Assembly: GCA_963693365.1 (NCBI GenBank)
Contig: CAVNZM010000012.1
Span: 62,001-126,000 of the forward strand
DNA: 64,000 nucleotides
Origin: Amoebidium appalachense
Taxonomy: Eukaryota > Protista > Ichthyosporea
Direction of reading: 5' to 3'
The translations under genes and the position numbers were made by a program. Shown here one piece after another: positions 31,801 to 64,000 of this stretch. Position 1 is the stretch's first letter; every line of letters begins with the position of its first letter. The notes under the pieces were generated by a model. The model was given only the letters and a program-made list of their open reading frames with translations, was not told the DNA's origin and ran no database searches.

Positions 31801-32564
31801 ACCTGACGGGGAAGACAGCGGTGGCTGAGGTATGGAAAGGCAAAGAATAAAAGTGCAGCAGGACTGAGAATCAAAAAAGACAGGAAGCTCAGCGTCGTGG
31901 AGATAGAAGGGTAGATGATCGTGTTTTAATGTTGCAGAAAAAAAAAACCATGCAAAAACAGACTCATGGATTCCGTTCCTAACGATTGAGAACTGGTGAC
32001 AACACGGCGAGGTTCCTGAAGAACGTAAACCGATCTCAAACAACTTTCCAACCGTCACGTCGGTTTAGTACAGCCTGCTCTTGAGAAGTTGACGACCCAG
32101 TGAAATCGGTGACCCCGACATGTAGTGAAGTGATTGAAACAAGATGTACTTAGCTAATTCTCTGGATTCTGACTCCGACATGTAGTGAAGTGATTGAAAC
32201 GAGATGTATTTAGCTAATTCTCTGGATTCTGAGGTCTCTACTCTATAAGTTACGACAGAGCAGATCCATTTAGAGATTTGTGACGATGCTAACGGGGTAT
32301 CTACGGTTGCCCCAACCCCTAAAGACTGCAGGTAAAAGGCCCCGGCCATATCAAAGAAATCGGCTGATTCCAGCAGGATAGATCGCGATGGAGTTGGATG
32401 GAAAGCTAATTCTAAGGAACGTAAAAACGGAGAACACAGATTCTATGCTCTATTCCAGCTGTAGGTCACAGAATCCAGCTGTATCGGCCGGGAAAATTAC
32501 CATCGTAGCGCTCAGCCTGCTCGGCGAGCTTGGACTTGTAGACGAAATCCTCGCGCTCAGTCAT
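28811..32564 (-). CDS. YWHAE: 14-3-3 protein (epsilon/BMH-like), 6 exons
   Basis: Exons 32564-32501 ([21 protein letters not shown]), 31351-31121 ([27 protein letters not shown]), 31046-30873 ([14 protein letters not shown]), 30791-30670 ([22 protein letters not shown]), ~29192-29075 ([21 protein letters not shown]), 28858-28811 (acidic tail, TAA). All introns GT-AG with consistent phases. The isoform symbol is the nearest animal equivalent only. Confidence 0.98.
30163..30448 (+). repeat. Dispersed repeat family copy B, in a 14-3-3 intron
   Basis: Matches the reverse complement of ~52096-52350, including cccgtcttgatca.agacgagcagggttgcttatgca.gcaagg and gtttgaatgcg...agtacgaagtac. Confidence 0.8.
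32115..32232. repeat. 60-bp tandem duplication in 14-3-3 intron 1
   Basis: ccgacatgtagtgaagtgattgaaac.agatgta.ttagctaattctctggattctga, two copies. Confidence 0.92.
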
Positions 32565-33759
32565 GGTGACGGATAAATAGAGAAAACGTTGCCTAAAGAG
32601 TTACGATAATTATCGAAAACTTCAAACGTTCGCCGTCAGGTCAACAAGCTACGTTTGTTGTGATGGCAGCCTTGCATCAACTTTTTTTTCGTTGTTCTGT
32701 GGCTCAAAAATGTAACGATTTAGAAACATGTTAAGACAATGCGCTGATATATGCTGGTTTTATAGGATCTAAAATTTAACAAATCTATTATAATTTTTTG
32801 TGTTTTTTGTATTTTTGACAAAAGCATTTTATTTGCTTCTAGAGCATCACTCTCCTGATGATGAAATAGTTCTGAGAAGATTGGATTGTGGTTACGAAGA
32901 ATCCTGCCTATCATTCATTTAAATTAAGTATATGTAGTTTTTTTTATATATATAGTTACATTTTATACCTCAAAATTATTTTTAACTGTTCTTTATATGT
33001 ATTATAGGATGATGTACAAGGGATAATAGCACTCTGTACTCAAATAATATTTGAAAAGGGATAGGCTAGCTGATGTACTATTTGTTGGAGATCATATCTG
33101 CTAATAACCGCGTGCTAAAGTGACATTTTTGGGAAGGCTCTTGGCCAATCACCAAACCCTGTCCTCGTGCCCCACACCAATACCTGCCCGCGCCTGGGAC
33201 AAAAAAACGTAGGGTGGTGACGTCATTATTGCGGCCAGCTTTGCATGCCGCATCATGTTGGCCTCAGAAACCATGTTGGTCCAGTGGTCGAAGACTATCA
33301 GGCAGGCTTTTTAAATACACTGACAGACCAGTGACGGGTGTACCATGAGACCACGATGCAGTTTCCTTCGAGCTTCAAGTCTCTATGTCTCACTTCCTCC
33401 CCCCTTCTCACTTTGGCTCCAGCTGTCTCCTCCCCCCCCTCCCCCCTCCCCCATTCACAGTGAACACACCAGAAAGGGCCTGCAGACATTCCTTGATCTA
33501 AGATTAGAAGGGGAAATCATTCTGGAGCCTTGAGTAGAGGGGTTTAGAAGGAGATAACCCTTGATTCCACTTCTTACTGAGGCCTTACACCCATTATATT
33601 GGTCATAGACCGGTTTTTCCTTGCCAATCCTTCTTCTGTACCTCTTCCGTTTCCCCCTCTTCCTTCCTCTTGTTTGTGTGACATCTTCCATTTCGTTCTT
33701 TTTCTCTTAGTATGTTTGTGACACATGCACGCGCACAAGTCCACACAACACACACAACG

Positions 33760-34570
<811 letters not shown>

Positions 34571-35451
34571 TGCCAGATATCCCGGCCACTGCCTGTCTTT
34601 AGGCCTTTGTTCAGCGAGGGTGTGTGCATTCATACACAGGCACATATACTTGAATATGCACACGCACGCACCCGGCCACGGATCCGAGGGAGAGAGGGGG
34701 GAGCATGCACCCGGCCACGGATCCGAGGGAGGGAGGAGGGAGAAGTAGAGAGAGTGGACGAGGAAGAGAAGCAAGAACTTCTTGCCCGGGCTTCATGCGT
34801 TGCACTTCCGTCTGTAGGTGTGCACATGTATAAACTGTATAGCATGCAAATGCACTGGCCAGCAAGCTCTGGCCAGCCTTAAATTAGTAAAGGGCCATGC
34901 ATGCATTGGTCCAAGGTGCCACACGTGTTCAATGAGCTGTAGGGGGTGGTCATGGTGACCAGCATATATCCATTGACCATGAAAGGCAAGGCCACACACG
35001 TGCTTAGCAGTGACAGCACTCCCACGCCGTTTGCTCTACATTTATTGTTCACTCATGGAGGCCATCATCACAAGCACCATTTGCGTGCTTATTCCTTGCT
35101 TCAGCCCGGCGGCGCCAAACCCATGCTCCAAACAGTTGTTTGCGCAAACGGTGCGCGCACCCGATCATGATGATATCGTTATCGCCGCGACTTGCAACTT
35201 TTCCGAGCTCGAGTCGCAACAACACCAAGGCCAAACAACTAAGCCTAGCTATTAGCAGCCTGCAGGCTATGATCACAGGTTTGTTCGGTGGGCACCTTTG
35301 CAGCAGCACCTGTAGTGAGGGCTGGCCACCACAACTAATACCCTACGTCTGTACGCCCAATCCTTCTTTCTCTTTGTTTGTGGGCCTTGCAACTTCTTCG
35401 CCACACCTTCTGTTTTTTGCCACCCTCCTAGTCTAGCGGCCAGCAGGCAGG

Positions 35452-45608
<10,157 letters not shown>

Positions 45609-46227
45609 GTCGATGCACGTGCGCAAGCACACGTGCGCAAGCACCACCTATGATGTTCTCTGTAAATCCTGTGTGTAAAATTAATACACGTGCGCAACAC
45701 TAAGCGCTTTCGTGCGCACTACATATACACACCTCCTGGTATGTCCATGCACACTACCTAATATCATGTTCTGGCAAATCTGAAGTACAGGTGCTAAAGT
45801 GATGGGGGTGCACACAACCCAATTGTTCTGTACAGATTTATTTGGGAAGGTAATGCACGTGGCGCCCGCTTAGCATATTCTGTAAATAGCTGATGTGCGA
45901 AAGTAACGTATGAATGAGTGGGCCGGGCTCCGCTGTGCATGGCCCCAATAACACATCTATATACTATCATTACCCAGTTGGCCACATGTGACCACAGCCC
46001 ACATTACCCAGATGGCCACATGTGACCACAGCCCACGTTGTAACTCGCAGTGGATCTCCTACAGCCTAGCCCGGTGTTGGCTGCTAGTCCCCACTTGTCT
46101 TTTGAAATAAATGTAGGCCTACCCTAGCAGTGACGAAGCTGGGTCAGGATGTCTCATGTCCCGTGTCACGTGTGGTTGGTGACTTTGAAGTTTGAAGCTT
46201 TTGAAGTAAACTTTTAACTGTTTGAAG

Positions 46228-56479
<10,252 letters not shown>

Positions 56480-58266
56480 ATGCTTCTAGATGCCAAGTAC
56501 CTGTCTACATCTATTGCACACACACAGACAAACACACACACACACACATGCATGCACGCACACACACACACCACACACACTCTCTCTCTCTCTTCTACAA
56601 CCTCTGAATAGTATGAATTGCGGACAGAACAGTTGCATGTAGAACGTACGCTTGTGTTCGTGCTTTGCTGGTGATTCTGGCGTACACAAAACACAGTGCA
56701 CGTCCGCATTTTGTGCACATATTGTCAACATCCAAAACTAGTCCGTGTAGTTGTGTAGGGCAACCTAGCCAAGCACACCTTGAATCAAACGTGCCTGTAA
56801 GTCTTTTGATTCTAGTTCTACTGCATTTTGAACACAGCAGCCCTCCTCAAGCTCACACACACACACTGAGCCACAACCACATGCAGTAATCCAATTATGT
56901 GTCAGCCTTTATCCCCAGCTGTGCTGTGGGCTAAATACAGTAGCAACCCTGCTGGCCAGGGTGGAAATATGCAGCCAGCCCACCAGAACACAAATGTGGC
57001 TGTGTCCATGTGGCCACACTTGCAAGTTTCTAGTTTGCTAGTTTGTCTGCCATATGTACTGGGCCACGGCCATCTAGGGTGTTTCTAGATGGCCGTGGTA
57101 CTGGGCCCATCCTAAGGATAGCTATCAAGAGCCCATGCACCCCAGATCCGGACTCTCCACCATGATATGCATGGGCCCACGGCCCATTCTCCCCCACCGG
57201 CCGCGGCATTATGCAGCCTACGTGCTAACAAGTTCCGCACCTGCAGTGCAACATCACCTACCCGATCACAATTGACCTCTCAGTGCACCACCCTACACCG
57301 TCAAGCAACGGCAAGTTATTTTGGGCTACACACTCACAAACGAAACACACACACACGCACAGATCGCAACCACCCGTTCACATGGATGCTCAATGAGCTC
57401 ATGGCCTTCCAGCCAATCAGAGCAGGGAAATGGATAAAAGGCCTAAGGAGTATTGCCTGGATGGTGTGGTAGTGTTGCTGAAAGGCTGGTAGCGGGAGGG
57501 GAGGTGTTGTGGCACCAGGTGAGGGAAATGGATCCGATTATCGTGGGTGTGTGCACGTGTCCCTGTGTGTGTGTGGAGAAGGGGGGGGATGGGGGGGGTG
57601 GGGGGGGTGGGGGGGGGGGTGGGGGGCGGGGGAAGGAGAGACAAATATCTGGGACGATGGAAGTCACTGCAGCTTAAGGTAGGGCGGGATATGGATTTTG
57701 GACCCCAGCGAAATTTTATTACGCCCCGGCCGACTCAGATTGCGGCGGTTCTGTTTCCCCCCCCCCCCCCCACGCCCACGCCCACCCCCCACCCCCCACC
57801 CCTCAACCCACACACACACCACAGGGGGAAAAAAAAAAAACACGAAAAAGATTATCTTGCAACACCCGGGGGAGCCCTTTCTGGTGTCTAATGTTTTTTT
57901 TTTATTTCCTCCTCCTCCCACCCTCCCCCCCCCCCTCCCCCCTCCCCCTGTGGCTCTCAGCGAATGGTAAAAACGAGGACACAGGGATTTGGCTCAGACA
58001 TAGGTGGCGGTGGCGGTGGTGGTTGGGAGAAAACTTTGGGAGATAAGGCTCCCTGCATCTGCCTCGGGTCCATATACTAGTGGTCTGATGCGGAAAGAAG
58101 GAATATGAAAAGATGCTTCCTATATCATCTCTCGTTATGTTACAGTAGCTTTGCATCTATTTGGGCGAAAGCATTCTGTCGGCTAAGCTGGTGCCGGGAC
58201 CTCATCACAGCTTCAAATGTATGTCGATAATAATAAACTAATATTAGCACACTATTAATTGCCTCC

Positions 58267-58338
<72 letters not shown>

Positions 58339-58808
58339 CTTGAATATAAAGACGGATACTGAAACTTTGATACATATGCGTCGCCCCTGGCGTAAGCATT
58401 TGTGGCGAAAACAGAGGCGGTGATACTAAGAGGGAGAAAAAAAGGTACGCGCACACGCGCAACACGTACTGTAACACACACACATGCACACGTATACACG
58501 TGTACGCATGCAAAGACACACGCTCACGGACATGTTACCGCGGAATACAGTATACGCTTAGGATATGGTGGTTTATCATGGTGTGTGCTCTTGCACTGGC
58601 ACGTACCTGCCGAACCTTACACACACACAAATACGGTATGTTTAATGTGGTACGCGCACACACAAAAACATGCACACAACCTGTCATAAATTTACCCCCC
58701 CCCCCCCCCCCCCCCCTCCCCCTCCAAACCCACCCACCCACCCACCCACCCACCCACCGAACACACACATGTACACACACGCACACGCACACGCACGCAC
58801 GTACACAT

Positions 58809-58896
<88 letters not shown>

Positions 58897-60244
58897 TGTC
58901 GAGCACACACCGTCAAGCACAATTTTTATAAACTAACTCAACACGACACACATGGTTTTGGCATGCACAAACCGTATGATGCCCTAAACCTATTACTGAT
59001 CGGATTCAATAGGGATAGGAGTTAGAGGTGCTCAAGAGCGATCCGCCAGGAGGTGAAGGGGGAGTTGGGGGGCATGTTGGTCGACCGGTGGGGGGAGGGA
59101 GGGGGGAGGGGGGAGGGGGGGAGGGGGGAGGGAGGGGGAGAGGGGCCCGGGGGAAATGCCCCCCTCAACGGACAGCCCCTTCCTCTCCCCCCCACCCCCT
59201 CAGCAAACCGTAAAACTTGCGTGCTGTGTCTCCCGGGATCGATATCCGGAGTATTCGGAAGTAGGGGGGTCGACATCGACGCATTAAAAATACACATTGG
59301 CTCGATTGGTGTTGGTGGTGATGGTGGTGATGGTGCGCGATGTGTGTGTGTGTGTGTGTGTTAAGGGGGGGGGGGGGGGGGGGGCAGGGGGGCGCGGGGG
59401 TTGAAAGGGGCAGGGGGAGCGGGGGGAGGGGGGGGAGGGGGGGGGGGGGGGGGGGGGGGGGGGAGGGGGGTGGGGGGGGGGAAGGAGGCGGACGGGGGGA
59501 GGGGGGGGCAGTGAAGAGGAGGAGGGAAGGGGGTTCGCGATTACCAAGAGGTACATGGATATGCTCTTCTATGCTCCCCTTTTACGGCATCTCAATTTCA
59601 AAGATCTCCCAAGCCTTGCATTTCCGAGTCTCCGATGTGGCCACGGATGGATCCCGTCTGATCCCGTACCCACCAGAAACGGCTGTACTTGGTACTTGGG
59701 GGACACATTGCTTACGAAATTCAAGATAGATTAGTGGCCATCCGTTGGCATATTATGTGCCGAAGAAGCACCCCATTTCGTTCAAACCAACAGCCTAATC
59801 ACCTTCGAAACGTCTGGGGCCACACACACACTTGGCCCGCCGATGACGCAAAATTTATAACAAAAAGACATATTCTCGATCGGCGCGTTCCAGGGCAGAT
59901 GAAAATATGGTGTTTACATAGCATGATAAATGGGCTTTGTATGCGACTTGTGTTTTTAAGAGCTTCGGTTAAAGCTTTAAAGTTCATTTGTTTACTTCAA
60001 GCTCATTTTTTACAGGGGAAACCTAACGCCGCAACTTTTCGCGCGCATTCCACACGTGATATCGCAACTGGCAGCAGCCTTTCATCATCGCCCTGTGTCA
60101 GTCTTCGTTTCAGCTCCGTTTTGTGTTTCTACGTTTCCTGTTTTCTGCCTTGGATATCGGCACCCATCCGCGTTGGAAAACAATCCATCCACACACATCC
60201 ACCCCACAGGCGCTCGGCTTAGTCCGTGCGGCACACATTCACTT

Positions 60245-61704
60245 ATGTCGATTCAAAACTTGAACTCCTTTGGTGAGTCTTCATGCCTTCCAAAGTTTCG
60301 CATAGTGGACAGATGTTTGGTAGAGACAGCTGTGAATTTGGATCTAGCCTGGCTATTAGCGACGTGTTTACGACGAATGCAAGCGGAGCACTGTACGCTA
60401 CAATATAACAAAAGACGTAATCGTTATGAACGAGTGTAGTAGATGGAATCCAGTTGACCAACGCCTGTTCTTAGTTCATTATTGCACCTTTGGCAAGTTG
60501 AATGACACGTAAGCAAGAACAGAACGATTTCCGCTGGCTGAACCAGATTGTTGCATTTCAACGTCTACCAAAAATCGATCACACATCACTACTCAACCAG
60601 CAACGCCCAAAAGCCAAGTTTTTTATTTTTCATGGTGACGTAGTCAGTTCCTTCTGCTGGGCTTTAAGTTCTTCTTTGAGATGCTAAGGAAAAGGTGCCA
60701 CACTGTGTTCTCCCACAAGAACAGGTTGCGAACTTGAGTGTATGTGGTTCTCACACGTTTTTGTGCAGACCCCTTTGCGGATGCTGAGCGCGACCACGAG
60801 GAGGTAGGAGGGGCTGTGCAGTCTGGGCTAGTCCACATCCGTATCCAGCAGCGTGCTGGCCGCAAGACCCTCACGACCGTGCAGGGTATTGCCGAGGAAT
60901 ATGACAAGAAGCGCCTTGTGAAGGCCTTTAAGAAGGAGTTTGCCTGCAACGGCACCGTCGTCGAGCACCCTGAGTACGGCGAAGTCATCCAGCTGCAGGT
61001 GGGTGCTGGGCTAGGATAGGGGGTGTTGAACTCAGGCTTCGAGAGCTTTAGTACTGGATCCCTTTCTAGTGTTATTCTGGCTGGGTGAGAGTATGTTGGC
61101 AACGGAGAGTTGGAACCAGGGATATTAGAAACATAGTGGAAAGTCGGCAAGGTCTATCAGCATTTGTGCTCATGTTTGTCTTGTTGCTGGACTAACAAGG
61201 TGTGCACTGGGTCGGCTGTCTATCCGGTGCCCCCTGACCCGCCTTTCGTGTCCGCTCTCACGTAATGAAATCTGTTATTCACATTGAGAGCCCTAAAACA
61301 TTGTTGCATATGCTGTCACTGAACTGCGAGCGGCTGCCTTGAGAACAGCACCCGAAGCCACTTTTCTGCTTGGATAGAAACTGCACAACTGTGTGCAGGC
61401 CATACGTGCAATCACAAATGTGCACTTACTTTACTGCTTGTACACCATACACACGTATGCTGTGCACATAGGCACTTGCAAGCACAGGAACACTGGATAC
61501 AACTATCTTAAGCGCTTATACTATACATCGTGTTTATTGGCCAATCTGCTACATGCAAGCACACACATGCACACCACCCGAGTGTTCGTCACTCGGCGAC
61601 ATGTGGTGCTTCCATCTCAATTAACTTGGTTTTAGCCCACACGTGCAAACACTCCCCGCATGACTGTGCATCACATTTTTTTGAGCACAGAAGCATTGTC
61701 ATGT

Positions 61705-61740
<36 letters not shown>

Positions 61741-62500
61741 GTGCTTGACACTAGTGTGCAAATAGACACATTTTTTGCACCATAAGGGCACGTTTAATGG
61801 GGAAAGTGTTGTAGTGGCAAAAACTCCTCTCTGTACATGTGCGCTTGTTTGCACCTTGGGGATGCAGTCCGGGGCTGCTGTGCTGGATGTGGGCAGCATT
61901 CAGTTGTGGCTGTGCTGACTGGGCCTTGCAGGGTGACCAGCGCAACAACATCTGCGAGTTTTTGGTGCGCGAGGGTCTCGTCAAGAAGGACCAGCTCAAG
62001 GCAAGTGTCCTGTGTTTGTGTGTGTGTAGAGGGGGGGGGGGGGGACTAACCGGCTTTGATTAATGCTGGTTGTGGAAACGAGGGGTAGAAAGGTGGGGTG
62101 GGGGGGGGGATGAGGTTTTATCTCCTGAAAAGACAGTGGCACTCAGGCGATGCATGCATGTGTGCCTCAAGGATGGTGTGGTGGTGGGTGGGGTGTGTCG
62201 GGTGCCTACACTCACGCTTTTCATGGATACACACGCGCACACAGTGCTTTCTCTACCACACCACGATCATTTCATCGCCACGACCTGTCCAGCTCTGCTC
62301 TTGTTTTTACGCACACAATCACTCACACACACAAGGTATGGGAGGAACCCAGGTATGGGAACGAATCTGGTGTTGGGGGGGGGGGGGGGGCACTCGTGTT
62401 TGTTTTGGAGAGGGAGGATTGGGTCATGTGGACAGGACAATGTATTTGTCTTCCGTGTCAATGCTGACTGCCTACTCCCCCACAGATCCACGGTTTCTAA
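60245..62500 (+). CDS. EIF1: Translation initiation factor eIF1 (SUI1), 4 exons
   Basis: Exons 60245-60272 (MSIQNLNSF), 60769-60998 (DPFAD...VHIRIQQRAGRKTLTTVQGI...KKEFACNGTVVEHPEYGEVIQLQ), 61932-62000 (GDQRNNICEFL...LK), 62486-62500 (IHGF-TAA). The last intron is GC-AG. Confidence 0.98.
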
Positions 62501-64000
62501 ATGCAACGCTAAGCTAAGCATGCTACTGCCCGCTTGGCCCGTGCCGGCCAGGTGACCATGCGGGGCCCAGCCGCATGCCCCCACTACGTATGAACCTGTT
62601 ATCCCGCCAAATAAATAATAGCGCACTATGGCGCATCTGTACATGTACTCACCTGTCTACCAATTAGTACATGACGCAACTGTGTTCATGGTTGGCTCCC
62701 AAGGTGTGTTTTTGGATGACCTGGACTCCTGAGTCCTGGCTTCTGATCACTTGCATGGGGTGTGACGTGTAGGTGTATGTTTTTTTTGTTTTTTTTCGTG
62801 GGGGGGGGGGGATTACATTCAGTTGTGTTTGGGGGGGTTTTTTGGGGGGGGGGGGGTCGTGCAGATGTGGTTTTCTTGGGGGGGGGGGGGGGGGGAGTGC
62901 ATTTGTGGTTGTTCTTTTGTGTGTGGGGTGGAGGGGGAGGAGGTGTTGATGTTTTTCTTGTGTGTGTGTCGGAGGTTGTGTGTGTGTGTGTAGGAGAGGG
63001 GAGGGGGTCAATGTGGTTTTTCTGTGTCTTTTTGTGCGCCGTGTGGGTTTTTTGGTGGTGTGTGTGTGTGGGGGGGAGGGGGGGCTGTGTTTGGTGTGAG
63101 GGGCCTGGGCCACCCAAGTGGTGCTGAGAAAGCAATTGCTGTGGACTGGCTGCTATGGGCATGTGGGAGGGGAATATTAATTCAGCGCACGCGTGAGCTG
63201 CTTGGTGTGTTCATGGTGTGCGTGCCATTGCACTGTGAATAAGCCATCTGCACCATTACATGGGCCGCCACACGGAAAGAAACAGCCACCACCCTGGTCT
63301 GCCACTGAATGAGCTGTCAACGACAAAAGGTGGGGCTACTTGCTGGCCATGGCATCAATGGGCTCAATACACTTGTACATGTGCACACCTCCGCAATCGT
63401 GCCACCGTGATCGATCATGAAGCTGAATCTATTGCAGCCTATTATAGTCTATTTGCATTTACTTTAAATTTGAGTCACCGTGGTGGTGGTAACGTTTGGC
63501 ATGGCATGGCCCCCATCATATGCATAAAACTGCACGTGCGCGTGGCTGATTCAGAGGCCCGACCAGGACTAGTCGTCGTGTCCATATTAATACTATTGTG
63601 TGCGTAATTGTTTTCCCACCAAGTTACGCGTACGATCACCTCAAGGAGCAAAACTTTGACAGCGGATATTCCTACTTTTTTTAGTAGATTATAAACTATG
63701 GTATCTTCTTTTTTCGCTGCAAAATCTCCTTGAATCCCTCCCCCCTTCCCCCCCCCCCCCCCCCCCCCCCCCCCACCCACCCACCCACCCACCCACACAA
63801 GTGTACACCCATGTTCGTGGCAACACCACCACCACACATGTGAAAACACATGTACACACACGCCGCGGCAAGGTGTATTGCAAGGGCAGCTTCCCCATAT
63901 CCTTCCCCCCCCCCCCCCCCCCCCCAAATCGGATCCCCCCCCATTCACACCCCGCGTTATCGATATCCTCCCATACCTGACCCCGTCCCTCTCCCTCCCC

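Noticed and set aside
32853-32878. C/D-box snoRNA (TGATGA…CTGA)
   Set aside because: The boxes are only about 10 nt apart, with no room for guide sequences.
62690-63948. 3' exons of a minus-strand gene entering from beyond the window
   Set aside because: No recognisable motif and no phase-consistent exon chain.

Overview
Eukaryotic genomic DNA, intron-rich, with (CA/GT)n, (CT)n and poly-G/C runs in almost every intron. The ZDHHC17-like and 14-3-3 sequences suggest an opisthokont/holozoan-type protist (inference). The ORF track is almost all microsatellite noise, so genes were rebuilt by hand from splice sites and exon phases. Six genes: (1) a ~30-exon divergent DNA polymerase delta paralogue (-; 4061-22551) with intact polymerase motifs, degenerate exonuclease motifs and apparently no CysA; (2) an intronless SAM methyltransferase head-to-head with it; (3) 14-3-3; (4) an ankyrin-DHHC palmitoyltransferase; (5) a ~16-exon gene whose C-terminal half resembles the FtsZ-binding domain of bacterial ZipA, with a His/Cys-rich insert; (6) eIF1/SUI1. 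Also present: an L1-like LINE fragment, piggyBac-, hAT- and other MITE-like elements, a 3-copy dispersed repeat, many minisatellites, several GC-AG introns and three 1-nt homopolymer frameshifts that are probably assembly errors. The two best leads are the intron-bearing ZipA-like gene and the proofreading-dead Pol delta paralogue. All homology calls rest on motifs recalled from memory, not on database searches.
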